The notes beneath the pieces are model-generated. The model saw only the letters and a program-made list of their open reading frames with translations, was not told the origin of the DNA and made no database searches. A program made the position numbers and the translations under genes. A stretch of DNA of 63,704 bases, counting the filler, from Globobulimina sp. (lineage: Eukaryota): the NCBI GenBank assembly GCA_003354225.1. It is 18 parts of 18 records of this genome, joined end to end, with 100 filler letters (N's around TTAATTAATTAA, not from the genome) between each part and the next. Parts side by side here need not be neighbours in the genome. Positions count along the whole stretch, not along the records: positions 1 to 3,447 come from PIVH01002766.1; positions 3,548 to 6,994 come from PIVH01002767.1; positions 7,095 to 10,540 come from PIVH01002768.1; positions 10,641 to 14,086 come from PIVH01002769.1; 14 more parts are not named here. One strand, given 5' to 3'. This document shows, one piece after another, positions 1 through 12,320 of this stretch. The stretch's first letter is position 1. Each line of letters starts with the position of its first letter.

Positions 1-1
1 T

Positions 2-1405
2 AGCATATTAGATCCAAATATAAATGACACTAAAATAAAGATTGTCCATATTGGTAAATTAATAAATATTCTTCGAGACATACCACAATCGACAATATAT
101 AAAGTATCCAATAAAGAGAAAATTGTGATTGTTTTATCTGATGAAGAATATAATGCATTAAATAGTATCAGAGATAAAACTGAAGAGATGAAACAATATA
201 AACAAGAGATAACAGGCACGCTATCACAATTAAATAAGAATAGAATACAAAGCAAAGCGGAAATCGATAAACAAACCACATTCATAATACAAGCTGCACA
301 ACAAAAACAGGCGGAATTGACGATTAAATTGGATAATATCATAAAAGATAAAACAAAAAAATTAACAAAACAATTACTTGCTTTACAAAATGAAGAATCG
401 GCAGTCAATAAATGTTACAGTAAATGTCAAGAGCTGGTAAATGATACAACATTAAATTCGATAAAACGAAAACAGAAAATATTAACAAATATCAAATTAT
501 TATCCGATAAAAATATAGCACCATACGATACTTTTAAAGCTATAGAATCAGCACATATTGCTACAAACATTAATATTGATAATGTGCTCAATGCAGTGAG
601 AGTATGCGGAGATGTCACTGGTTACAATAAAGCATTGCCACCGGTGGTCACAATCAAAAATGTAACATCACACTCAGTCGAAGTTAATATGGAAACAGGC
701 GAAGAAAATATCATTGGTTATCGGTTAAGTTATGCGGAATGCAATGGTAATAAAATGGATTTGGATGATATGAAATTACAATGGATAAATGTCGATGTAA
801 ATGAATCGAAATGTAATATTACAGCACTGCAGCCATTAACAAATTATTTATTACATGGATGTTGTAAAAATAACAATGGATTTGGATGTCAATCAAAAGC
901 TATTGCTTTGAAAACAGCAAAACCGTCGTTTGTGTTTAATGTTTGCACCAAAGGCATGAATCATGTGATCCAAAATAGTGGGAAATCGTTCATTAGCACA
1001 ACATCGTTGATTAGCAGGCATATCAATGCTGGCTGTTCCATCGGAATGAAAGCTGGTATTTGTGAGTTAGGGATATGGTCAAAACAAAGTTCAGGCGGGT
1101 TTGGGATTACTAGTGATATTGGAAATTGTACAAGCAACAAATATATGTTTTCCTATCCAAATGGAAAAACATATTATTTATCCAATGGAGGAAATGCACA
1201 TATCGCAGGAAGCAATGGCACATTCTTCAGAAGTCGTAAATGGAAACAAAGAGATATTGTCAAAATGGAATGGGGAAAAGGAACGGTCAATTTTTATATC
1301 AACAACATAAAGATTGGAACAATGAATATTATTGGCGGAGTAATTTATTATCCATGTGTTAGCATAAAGAAAAAAAGCGTAGAATATGAAATTGTTTCAA
1401 CATGA
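2..1405 (+). CDS. Coiled-coil + FN3 + SPRY-like protein (TRIM-like C-terminal architecture), 5' truncated
   Basis: Frame is open from the contig edge. Long coiled coil, FN3 pattern (NVTSHSVEV...GYRLSY...LQPLTNYLLHGCCKNNNGFG), then SPRY-like C-terminus (WKQRDIVKME...VNFYINN...YYPCVS). Confidence 0.7.
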   Translation, partial: SILDPNINDTKIKIVHIGKLINILRDIPQSTIYKVSNKEKIVIVLSDEEYNALNSIRDKTEEMKQYKQEITGTLSQLNKNRIQSKAEIDKQTTFIIQAAQQKQAELTIKLDNIIKDKTKKLTKQLLALQNEESAVNKCYSKCQELVNDTTLNSIKRKQKILTNIKLLSDKNIAPYDTFKAIESAHIATNINIDNVLNAVRVCGDVTGYNKALPPVVTIKNVTSHSVEVNMETGEENIIGYRLSYAECNGNKMDLDDMKLQWINVDVNESKCNITALQPLTNYLLHGCCKNNNGFGCQSKAIALKTAKPSFVFNVCTKGMNHVIQNSGKSFISTTSLISRHINAGCSIGMKAGICELGIWSKQSSGGFGITSDIGNCTSNKYMFSYPNGKTYYLSNGGNAHIAGSNGTFFRSRKWKQRDIVKMEWGKGTVNFYINNIKIGTMNIIGGVIYYPCVSIKKKSVEYEIVST

Positions 1406-1565
1406 ATATTGTGTCGGTCGATCAAGATAACATCACAAAAACCACATTTTAAAAACTTTAAGTCCACAGTCCACAGTCCACTCCTTTGCGCTCCAAACGA
1501 GATTTATCCTCCAAAACGAGATTTAAGTCTTTAACCAACCACACAAATTTTGAACATTACAAATC

Positions 1566-2639
1566 ATGACTGACGAACAAGTAAAAATAGCAGTGATTGG
1601 AGATGAAGAAATTGGTAAAACCTGTTTATTAATGTCATTTCGTCCGAGTGCAGGTTCCGAATGTCCCTCTATATTTAACTCAATTCGAATCGAAAAAGAA
1701 TTAAAAATAAACGGAAACCTAAAACCGGTCCCACTCATCCTTTGCGACACCGGCGCTGACAATAAATATCTCCAATTACGCTGCAAAGCGTACAAAAAAG
1801 TGGATGTCATATTAATATGTTTTGACATTTTAAACCTGTCCTCATTACAATCCGTAGACACAAAATGGATGCAAGAAACGCAAGAGTACGCACCCGATGC
1901 ACTATTAATTTTGGTAGGTTTGAAATCTGATAAACGATCCAAAACCGGCAACGAAAATGACAATGACACCGAATCTGAAAATGAAAATGAAATACCAATG
2001 GATATCATCAATGAATATGTCTCCAAATATAATTTTATTGATTATATTGAGACCTCAGCACTAAAAAAAAAGAACATAAACACTGCTTTTGAAGTAGGCA
2101 TATCTTCATTTATAAGCAGTGGTGGTATCCATAGGCGAAGTACACAAATCCCGCAGACTGAGGATGAGGATGAAGATGATATCGATATTGTTGGTACACA
2201 TCAAAAACAATGGACGCAACATTTAAAAGATACCGGCATGACTGATGAGGATATATTTGCGCAATATAGCAATGGCAATAACACTGCGTCTGCGTCGGCA
2301 AAGCCATCGGCGTCGATGGGAGGGACTATGGCTGCGATGGTGGGCTCCGCACAATACGCAGAATATAATATGAATATGCTACAGCAACAGCAAATGATGG
2401 GAATGTCTTATCAGTCACAACAATATGGTGGCTATGGTGGTATGGCCGCAAATGGCCACGCTGCGAATGTTGTTATTGACGAAGATAAGGAGACTGATTT
2501 GCCGCCGCCACCACCGCAATCGCCTGGATCTATGAAGTTAACTAAATTGAATGATAATCGGTTAGGCGGATCTATTGATTATGGATTGGAAGATATTGAG
2601 AGCGATACGCCGAAAAAAGGGTGTTGTGTTATTTTATAG
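1566..2639 (+). CDS. Atypical Rho-family small GTPase with long low-complexity tail and CaaX box
   Basis: GDEEIGKT P-loop, LCDTG, LILVGLKSD, YIETSAL; C-terminal KKGCCVIL. Confidence 0.88.
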   Translation: MTDEQVKIAVIGDEEIGKTCLLMSFRPSAGSECPSIFNSIRIEKELKINGNLKPVPLILCDTGADNKYLQLRCKAYKKVDVILICFDILNLSSLQSVDTKWMQETQEYAPDALLILVGLKSDKRSKTGNENDNDTESENENEIPMDIINEYVSKYNFIDYIETSALKKKNINTAFEVGISSFISSGGIHRRSTQIPQTEDEDEDDIDIVGTHQKQWTQHLKDTGMTDEDIFAQYSNGNNTASASAKPSASMGGTMAAMVGSAQYAEYNMNMLQQQQMMGMSYQSQQYGGYGGMAANGHAANVVIDEDKETDLPPPPPQSPGSMKLTKLNDNRLGGSIDYGLEDIESDTPKKGCCVIL

Positions 2640-2840
2640 CGCATCTTATCGGAGTGTAGGTATATTGTTTGAATCTCTTTGTAAATGAACAAATGATTTC
2701 GTTTTCCTGTATTTTATGGTCGTTTATATATCCTTGCACAGTAATTTTAAAAACGTTGTTGTGATATTCAGTCATTCAAAAAAGGAAACTCAGAAACGAA
2801 AAATGCTTTACATTTTAACAATTTTGAGCACAATGTCGAC

Positions 2841-3447
2841 TCATTCAGCTTTCACTAAACATTCTTGCAGCACCGGTACGATTCGCGAGATGTCATATTG
2901 CCAGATTTCAATCAATTCTTCATTCACAGACTGATAAATAAAATCTAGCTCATCATCCTCGTCAATAAGCTGGTTGTCCATATCCCTGTTCTCGAGACAA
3001 TATAAAATGGAATGCGTACATTGCACAATAATGTGATCACAAATATTAAATTCATTCTTCTCTTTATCAATCCATGTGTCATATCTCTTTAATCCGAAAT
3101 GTATCAATTTCCATAACCTATCAATTTCTTTTTGCCGCACTTTCTCTGATTCCACATATAAGCCATACAACATTGACGGCGTAGATCCTGCAATGGCACC
3201 CACATAAAAACCTTATTTATCATCAACTTCCCAGTATATTATTAGTCAATTTTTAACCCTCAATGGAATCGATAATTACAACAAAAGTTGACTAATAATA
3301 TACCAAAAGCTGCACCAAACAATGTGCCAACCGGACCGGCCACACTCCCGATTGCAGCGCCCGTAGAACCAAACGCATTGCCACCAATTAACGCGCCAGC
3401 AATCATACTAAACGCTGTCAAATCATCCTCAAAATCGTTGCTAAACA
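2841..3447 (-). CDS. Glycine-zipper membrane protein, 5' truncated, intron 3212-3303
   Basis: A GT..AG intron joins GALIGG..GAAIGSVAGPVGTLFGAAF in frame to GFYVGAIAG. Confidence 0.6.
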
Positions 3448-3547
3448 NNNNNNNNNNNNNNNNNNNNNNNNNNNNNNNNNNNNNNNNNNNNTTAATTAAT
3501 TAANNNNNNNNNNNNNNNNNNNNNNNNNNNNNNNNNNNNNNNNNNNN
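3448..3547. other. Artificial contig spacer (first of 17)
   Basis: N44-TTAATTAATTAA-N44, giving stops in all frames. It recurs at 6995, 10541, 14087, 17633, 21179, 24724, 28269, 31814, 35359, 38903, 42447, 45991, 49535, 53078, 56621 and 60163. Intervening contig lengths fall monotonically from 3447 to 3442 bp. Confidence 0.99.
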
Positions 3548-3549
3548 AA

Positions 3550-4356
3550 TTACTGTTTGTTGCTAGCTGTGCATCATTCAGATGCAATGTATATTTTCCA
3601 ATCCATTTCAATAAATTAAGACAACAATTGTACGGCGATGGTGACTCAGATTTTATTGAATCATTAGCGGGTTGCAGTGAATGCGATATCTGTGGAGGTA
3701 AAAAAGGAACTTTTTGTACCACATTGGACGGTAAATATCTACTAAAATTTGTCAAATCTGACGAATTTACAATGTTTGTAAACAATTTTGCCTCTTATTA
3801 TGATCATATCAGCAACACATTGTACAATAAGACGGCATCATTGTTAGTTCCTATTATTGGAGCGTATGGGATAAGTTACTCAGACTCAGAGTCAATGCGA
3901 TATGTATTGGTGATGCCAAATCTATTTTATTCGTCGAATAAGGATAAGTTGAAAAAATTTGATTTAAAAGGTACTGTAAATACAAATAGATATATCAATG
4001 ATAAATATGATGTAAAATTGGATAAGAATTATATTGAATATATTGGTGAGTCACCAGTGGTATTAAATAGAGGCAGCATTAATTATTTGCGTGATGCAAT
4101 TGATAATAATACGCAGTTTTTAGCAGAATCAAATATTATGGATTATTCATTATTGATTGGCATCGATTCAGAAACAAATGAGATAATTGGCGGAATAATA
4201 GATTATTTGGAAACATATTCATGGAAAAAAAGAGCGGAAAAAACATTTAAATCATTATTTATTACTGATTCAACAATACAAAACCCATCCATTTATAAAC
4301 AAAGATTTGAAAAATCGATTGTTAACAAATATTTTGTTCATTCAATGCTAAATTGA
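3550..4356 (+). CDS. Fab1/PIKfyve-type PI(3)P 5-kinase catalytic domain, 5' truncated
   Basis: GGKKGTF, YLLKFV, FDLKGT, IMDYSLLIGID, GIIDYLETYSWKK, NPSIYKQRF. Confidence 0.88.
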   Translation, partial: LLFVASCASFRCNVYFPIHFNKLRQQLYGDGDSDFIESLAGCSECDICGGKKGTFCTTLDGKYLLKFVKSDEFTMFVNNFASYYDHISNTLYNKTASLLVPIIGAYGISYSDSESMRYVLVMPNLFYSSNKDKLKKFDLKGTVNTNRYINDKYDVKLDKNYIEYIGESPVVLNRGSINYLRDAIDNNTQFLAESNIMDYSLLIGIDSETNEIIGGIIDYLETYSWKKRAEKTFKSLFITDSTIQNPSIYKQRFEKSIVNKYFVHSMLN

Positions 4357-4563
4357 GATTAGTTTGTGTGTTACTTAAATTTGACTGGTTTGATAAGTGA
4401 CTTTTTTCGTGAATTTGTTTGTTTTTGCCTTTGGTATGTACACTTATTTTTATTTGTAAGTTTTGTAACTAAATTAACCATTTTATAATATAGCTGAAAA
4501 CAGCATAAATAAATCTTTTGGTTTATATTTACACGGATTTATTTAAAAAATCATGATCATTCT

Positions 4564-6994
4564 ATGAAAGTTCAACTCAATCATGAGCTCGTCAAATCTT
4601 TGTGTAAACTTCGCCAAAATTCCAATTCAGACAGATATCACACTGTACAAAAAGCATTCGGCATTTACAATACACTCCATCCAATTCAAAGGGATAAATA
4701 TGTACTGAATACATTGATAAAAATATGTATGGAATTTAATTATCCATCTAAAATATTCCAAATTCATCATCATATCATTGAAACGCATGACATATCATAT
4801 GATTCATACCATTTATTGCTAAAATGTTGTCAAAAAATATTAAAAATGAATTCAAATAAAACATCAAAAGAGGAGGCTTTGAAAATGATAGATTTCATTT
4901 CTAAGCATGTTTATCTTACAAATGACACAAATGACAAACATCAGGTATCGATTAAAAATGCATTGATCAATATTTACTCGGAATGTAATGACATTGCAAA
5001 TGCACTTTGCATATTTAACTCCATCCCACCAAATAAAAAAGATGTTGTTTCAATTAATTCGATGATGAAATGCTATGTTTCCCACAAACAATATCGAAAT
5101 GCACTCGATTTGTATGAGAAATATGACGATGGCGCCATAAAACATGATGATATCTCAAATAATTTATATCTCAAAGCATGTGCCAATGCTAATGCTTATG
5201 GCAAAGGACAAACATTGATCGAATCCAAAATCAATTTCAATGAGGTCAGAATTGAACTGCTTAACACTGCGATTGACTTTTATTGCAAAACAAATAATAT
5301 TCGTAAAGCACATCACTTATTTGAGTCTATTCCAAAAAGTAAAAAAGATGTGGTCTCATACAATGTGATGATGACTGGATTCATAAAAAAACACTATTAC
5401 AAGCCAGCAATGGCACTGTTTGAAGAAATTGACAGTAAATGCATTGATAATAATATATCAAAAATATTGTTTCTCAGAGCATGTATGGACAGTGAAGCCA
5501 ATCAGAATCAGTTACATCCAAAGTACAAAGATCTGATTAAAACGAAAATAATTCCACAATATGTCCAAAAGAAAGCAACTCATTCAAGCATGGAATTGAT
5601 TACTATTTTAATTGATTATTGTGGCACAAATAAGGACTTACGAAATGCAACACAAATATTTAAATCTATCCCCAACCCAAAACATGATGGAGCTATTGGT
5701 GCGATGATGAAATGTTTCATTAATCACAAGCTATATCATGATGCAATATCTGTATATGAATGGCATAACAATAAGCTGCAATTGCAAAACAATGATATCT
5801 TGAACTTGTTATATTTGAAAGCTTTGATAAAAACATGCCAATTTGCAAAAGGAAAAACTTTTATAAACCATGTGAACAATCTCTATAATCACACAATTCA
5901 ATTCATTAACACCGTGATTGATTGTTATGGCCGACATGGTGATAGCAACAAAGCACTGCAAGTATTTGAATCGATACCTGATCATAAAAGAGACATAGTT
6001 TCATATAATATAATGATGACATGTTTTATTAATAATCATATGTACGATGATGCCATTTTATTCTATGAAGAGAATGTTAATGATTCAATTGCAATGAAAG
6101 AGAGAGCTGTGTTGGATTTATTGTACCTGAAAGCATGTAGCAGTCTCAATGAATATGACAAAGGAAAAAGATTAATAGAAAAAAGTAACTTTAATATTAG
6201 TTATTTACTGAAACACAACAATGTGGAATTGGTGCATAGTTTGATGCATTTTTATGGCAAATCAGGAAATATAAATGCAGCAATTTCGATTTTTGAATGC
6301 ATTCCAGATTCAAAAAGAAACATTGTGTCATATTGTACGCTGATAAAATGTTTGAATGATTGCACCCAAATAACAGTGGCTGCGGAATTAATAAAAACAA
6401 TGAAACAAAATGTTATTCATAACAATAAGTTTGCAGACTGGGAGAAACTGATTTGTTTTAATCATATACTATTTGCATATGCAAATATCGCAAATTATGA
6501 AAGAATGTGGAAGGAATATAATGAAATGAAAGCTGTTGGAATTGAGCCAAATTGTGTAACGTTGAGCATTTTGTGCTGTGTTACAGATAAAATAAATAAA
6601 AAAAAAGGATTGGAAGAGGTAAAAATATATTACACAAATTGTGAAATGTTTGATACGTTGGACAGTGCGACTTTGATGGGATTTTATCGGACTGCGATAT
6701 GTGTGGAAGATGCAGAGTTAATAAATATTTTAAAACCAATTATTACGCAATTTATTGCTCCACAAAATGTTTTTGCTGAAATACATTATAAAAATAATAC
6801 AATTTATTTTGATAATTTTTGCAATGAGTTGCAGCTGGATCGAGATGGAAATAATACCAACGTGCAACATTTGCATATATTAAAAAAAATTGATGGCTTA
6901 CTCAAGGAAATTAATCATTATGTTGACATATCTCAACATTGTGAGTTACCTAAAGAAAAAGCACGACGTTTAATATCATATCCCGCTGAAAAAA
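4564..6994 (+). CDS. PLS-class pentatricopeptide repeat protein with start of a DYW-like domain, 3' truncated
   Basis: Repeating P (DVVSYNVMMTGF), L (LYLKAC...KGK) and S (NTVIDCYG...A..VFESIP) motifs. C-terminal PQNVFAEIH..NTIYF (PG-box-like), LKEINHYVD and RLISYPAEK. Confidence 0.85.
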
Positions 6995-7094
6995 NNNNNN
7001 NNNNNNNNNNNNNNNNNNNNNNNNNNNNNNNNNNNNNNTTAATTAATTAANNNNNNNNNNNNNNNNNNNNNNNNNNNNNNNNNNNNNNNNNNNN

Positions 7095-8169
7095 CATGTA
7101 GTGTAGATAGATTTAATAATTCTGTAGATAGTCGAGTATGTGGTTCAATATCAGGATGTGTGTATAAGTTAGGGACGGACGGTTGTTGATTATTAATTGC
7201 CGTGATTGTAGATACAGTTGGTATAATATTTTCAAATTCAGGAAATACCGTAGTATTTTCGTCGTAATTTTCGTTACATGTTTTTCGAGTCAAATTTTGC
7301 GAATTTTCGATATCTGAAGATTCCCCCGATAGTACAACAGATTGAGGATATGGTGTAGATACATTTAATAGATCGGTTGAGGTATTTAAAGATGTGGGAT
7401 TATATGGTATTTTTATTTCAATTTTGCTAAATACCGTATCTTTTTCCTCATCCGGTATTTTGATGGAATCTACTATATTATGAGAAATTTCTTGAATTTC
7501 TGATTGGTTATAGTCTGAAGTAGATACTGATGATTGTGTAGAACCATTTAAAAAACTGAGATCTAATTTCTCAGGTTTATAGGGAACCCTTTTTATTTCA
7601 GGGTTTTCGATAGATTTCGATGCAAGTTTTAGTCTTTTTAGGTTGTTTGTTGATTCCGACGGTACACTCTCCTTTGTAGTTATGGAGATGGAGGTACCAT
7701 CGAGATGAGGTATAGATATAGATTTTGTGATAGGTAGAGCACATTTAGTGTTAGAGGCATTTAAAGATATTCGTTTAGTTTTAGATAGGTTTTTCGTTTT
7801 CTCTTCATCGTCGATAGCAGTTTTAAGTATTTTAGCTTTTTTTCGTTCATCCATACTCTTTTTGCGTTCTTCATTTCTTTGATTTCGATCGTCAATATCC
7901 GATTGAAATTTAGATTTAGCCTTTCTATCGTATTTTTGTCTTTCGTTTGGTGGAACCGTCGTAGATAAACCAGTCATAAAATCTGTCGGTAAAATAATAT
8001 TGTTAGTATCAATTGTCGAAGAAATATTGTTAGTGGGTACATAGTTATGGGTACAATCATAAGAACAGTCATCAGAACAATTATTTTTAGATTTTTTAAT
8101 TTTTAAAACAATATCGGTAAAACCTGAGCTTGTGGACGTTTCTTTCGAATTTTCGTTAGATTCACTCAT
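7095..8169 (-). CDS. Ser/Thr/Lys-rich ORF of unknown function, 3' truncated; possibly ORF1/gag of a second element
   Basis: Intronless ORF of >350 codons with an N-terminal CxxxCxxxCxH motif; runs into the spacer. Confidence 0.5.
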
Positions 8170-8373
8170 AATTCCGAGGTTGTGGCACTCGGGGCTATGC
8201 CCCTAGTCGATAGCTTCTTCCAATTATGGTTCTTTCGATATATTGATGGTTTATTGGAAGATATAAAAAATTTATTTTTTATTTATTTTGTCAGGGCCGA
8301 GATTTTCTCTTATAGCGTTAGGGAGCTCCGAGCGACAAAACAACCTCTTTCCGCCAGTCCACTCATAACTTAA

Positions 8374-10524
8374 ACAAATTAGAAATTATCAGAAAATCGA
8401 TCAAGATGCTTTTGTAAATGATTTGGCAAACGCAGATTGGTCAACAGTCATGCAAGCACTAGGAGAGAACGATGCAAACAAAGCAGCATATGCTTTTAGT
8501 ACAATCTTTCAACTGGTATTTGATGCCCATGCTCCCGCCAATGTCGTAAGAGTTAAATATGGTTCATACCCCTGGATAAATGGTGAAATCAGATCATGGA
8601 TGAGTCTCAGAGATGAATATCTCAAAACTGTTATACAATCGAGAACTCAGGATGATTGGACAGATTACAAAAGGATTCGAAACTTCACATATTCACTGGT
8701 GAAGGAAGCAAAAAGGGACTATTACAAAAACAAGTTTCAAGAAGCAGGATTAAACTCTCGTAAGATGTGGCAATCAGTTCGCGCATTGCTTCCAAAGAAT
8801 ACTCAAAACTCATTTTCAATGAGCAGTGACCAGGATCTTCGAAAAGCAACTGAATTTAATGAATTCTTTTCACAAGTGGGACAAAACACAGCACTTGCTG
8901 CTTCTCTGGATGAAAACAATGACATCAACGAAGTTGCAAACAGTGTACCAATGACTGCCACAAAGCTCACCTTCAGACAGATTTCAAAAAGAGAATTCTA
9001 TAAAGTTATGTTTAGCCTTCCAAACTTCAAGTCACCAGGAAAGGATGGTGTCAACGGATTTGTTGCAAAGATGGCATTGCCAGTCATTGGTGAAATGATA
9101 TACAAAATATTTAATCTGTCACTTGAAACGGGCTCCTTTCCTGACATTTGGAAAGAAGCTGTGGTTATTCCAATTCCGAAATCAGGAGACCTTGACTCAC
9201 CTGCAAATCATCGTCCTATTTCCCTACTGTCACTATTTGGAAAAGCCCTTGAAAGACTTGTATATGATCAACTTTACAATCATTTCAAGAATTATGTCAA
9301 TGAAAACCAGTTTGGCTTTTTACGTGGTCGCTCCACAGAAACTGCTATTTTCAAAATAACGAATGCTATCTATTCAGCCATGAACTCTAAAAATCTTACA
9401 TCCTTGGTATTGCTAGACATGTCAAAGGCTTTTGATAGTGTCAATCATCAAATTTTACTTGCAAAAATGGAACGCTATGGCATTTCTAATATTGAACTTA
9501 AATGGTTTAAATCCTATTTGTCAGATCGTAAACAATGTGTCAGAATGGGAATGCAAATTTCTTCTTCTGTTACTATGTCAACAGGTGTGCCACAAGGCTC
9601 TGTATTGGGTCCTTTACTCTTCCTCATCTTCATTAATGATTTACCTGCCATGATTCGAAAATGTCAATGCACCATGTTCGCGGATGACATTCAGCTTCAA
9701 ATTAATTTTCGCCCTGCTAGCCCAGAAAATGCCTATGTTGATTTGCAGTCAGATTTAAATTCCATTGCGGTCTGGTGCACCAAAAATCAACTCAAAATAA
9801 ACCCAACCAAAACTCAAGTTGTAACTATTGGTACTTCTCAAAATCGGCGCCTGTTAGAACATTTGCCAAACATTCTACTCTTCGATCAAAGATTGGAAAC
9901 TGTATCTGAAGCAAAGAATCTTGGTGTAATATTCGATGAAAATTTGAACTTTCTCTCCCATCTAAAGTCAGTAACAAAACGTTGTAAACGCGACTTATTT
10001 GCGATCAGTCGTGTTAAGGATTGTCTGCCAAGAAGCATTCTTTTAAGACTATCGAAACAATTGTTTTCTCTAAACTTTACTACACAGCCTCAGTTATTCA
10101 AGCTGCCCCTGTGTCTTATGTTGATCAAACTTTCCTTCGTGTCATCAATTATGCTGCCAAAATGGTTTATGGACTCAGAAAATTTGACCATGCCAGTGAA
10201 TGCCGGAGAAAACTGAAATGGTTTGAGCCCAACATGGAACTAAAATTTCGAACTCAATTGATGGTTTATAAACTGTTTTTAGAACAAAGCCCAATTGTCA
10301 ATTTCACTTTCAATGACTGTCGGCGATCTAGTCGATTAAACACAATTCCTAAATTTGTCACGCCACCATTCAGAACGGATACAGCAAGAAGAGCTCTCAG
10401 CTACAGAGCACCTGTGCTATTAAATGAAGCATGTCAAAATCTTAACATTGACTGTTCTTCACCGATTTCTTATGCCAACTTCAAATCAATTTTGAAAAAG
10501 TTCTATGACGAAATGTTATTCTAG
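8374..10524 (+). mobile_element. 5'-truncated non-LTR retrotransposon (CR1/L2/Jockey group) ORF2 reverse transcriptase, frameshifted near 10040
   Basis: KSPGKDG, RPISLLS, QFGF..GRSTETA, DMSKAFDSV, GVPQGSVLGPLLF, FADD, KNLGVIFD. The C-terminus continues in the 10021-10524 frame. No endonuclease domain is present. Confidence 0.93.
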
Positions 10525-10640
10525 TCAGCTCTATATTTGTNNNNNNNNNNNNNNNNNNNNNNNNNNNNNNNNNNNNNNNNNNNNTTAATTAATTAANNNN
10601 NNNNNNNNNNNNNNNNNNNNNNNNNNNNNNNNNNNNNNNN

Positions 10641-12241
10641 TGTGTAGATTTATTAAATTCGTTTTGTAATAATGTCAATTCTTTTTGTATTGAATTATTT
10701 CGTTGCTCTTCAATCTCTCTTTCTTTCTCAACACTGAATTTATTGTCTCTCATTTTATCCATTTCCGACTGTTTGCTTTGTAATTCTTGTCTCATTAATT
10801 CCAGCTCGCCCAATAAATCAATATTTCTTTTCGACAGTTCAGCATTTCGTTTTTGCTCATTCTGTGCCCTCTCATTTGCACATTCAATCTCATTTTGTAG
10901 CAAATCAATTTGATTCACAGCATTGCCATTTTTATCGCCATGCCCATGGCCCACCACTTTGATTCCAGCACTTTTTAATAGATGCTCCAACTGAAAAACA
11001 CGTGCTTTTAAGCGCGCATTCTCCGCTTCTAATTCTTGAATTCTTTTAATTAGTTGCGAGCGGGTCAATTCTTTATTAATTTTTGCTTCGTTTTTAACTT
11101 TTTTAGCAGTCATCGCGAATAATAATGTCCGAACGGTTTCACATCTATTCATAATATGTGGTGATGCAGCCACAATCATTGTCGTTTTGCTGTTTCCGCC
11201 CAAGGAATCCTGTAAAATGTACGTTAATTTATTTGTGCGATAGCTTGGCCTCTGTCCTCTGGTTAAAGCATTGATCGATGTGGTCAGTGCTGTCAAAGAG
11301 CTGTTAATCTCAATGGCTTCCCGTTTTCTTTTCGGATCTGGGTTTTTGCCCAATGCTTTTTCTATATTTTCACTGCCGGCCAAATCTCCGAAGTTAAGCT
11401 TTGATTTTTTCACAGAACCGTCACTCATCTGAACCAGCAAAAAAATTGAGTAAGTTTATAAAATTTATAATGACAAACAAACAAAAAACACATACTTTTT
11501 GCTCCACATTAATCATTAACAACATGTGCGAGCGAGAAGACTTAGAATTTAATTTATGTGATGCGGTCTTTCTGTTTGAAAACGCTTGTTTTAAATTAAT
11601 GAGTATGTCGCCCAAGCTATTAACGGGAATAATATTCAAATCCCGAACATACGGCGTATCAGTTTGGAAATCAGTTTTTACACTTAAATTTTTGGCGGAT
11701 GGGTCTAATAAATCGGACAAATTAGATTTGTACAGCTGGATAAATGCGGCAGTTACGTTGAACTCGGTGACCTGAGCCGAAACTCCTTGAGTTGCTTTGC
11801 GTAGTTTGGCAAATAAGTAAGTGCAACATCTTTGCACTAAGCCTAAATCTCTGGGATTCATGTTCTTTGTTTCTGGACCGAACATAGTGTATGTTTTACC
11901 AGAGCCAGTTTGTCCATATGCAAATATTGTGGAATTATATCCTTCCAATACAGCCTGAACCATCGGTAAACCAACACAGTCAAATAACTTCTTCTGTGTT
12001 GTTTCCATATCAAATATTTGGTCTAATGAAGCCTTAAATTGTTGCTGCTGTTTGGGTTTATTTGGTCGTTTCAGTATCACTGTCTGCTGGGTTCTAAATG
12101 TTGGTTGGTCTGAGTCCTTTGATTCGTTTTGTTCAGTTTCGGAGCTTGGTCGAAATCTGTATATTAATAATATTGCACATAACAAGCTAGTGAATATAAA
12201 GAGGACAGCCATTACCTAGCTACAACTCGAATATTTACCAT
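10641..12241 (-). CDS. Kinesin motor protein (kinesin-1-like motor + coiled coil), introns 12157-12215 and 11429-11495, 3' truncated
   Basis: Splicing gives MVNIRVVARFRP; GQTGSGKT, NSKSSRSH, DLAGSE, KLTYILQDSLGGNSKT. Confidence 0.95.
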
Positions 12242-12320
12242 GCTCTTAATGTTGAATTTGGAAGCCATTGGAATCAAAGAATATCTTTTTTGTAGAATAT
12301 CTTTTTTGACAGAAAACAAC

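Noticed and set aside
10021-10216. Programmed frameshift in the LINE ORF2
   Set aside because: The element is 5'-truncated and this region is normally one frame; a degenerative indel is simpler.
12157-12215. Kinesin with an N-terminal transmembrane helix (MAVLFIFTSLLCAILLIY)
   Set aside because: This is a translated intron; splicing gives the canonical MVNIRVVARFRP.
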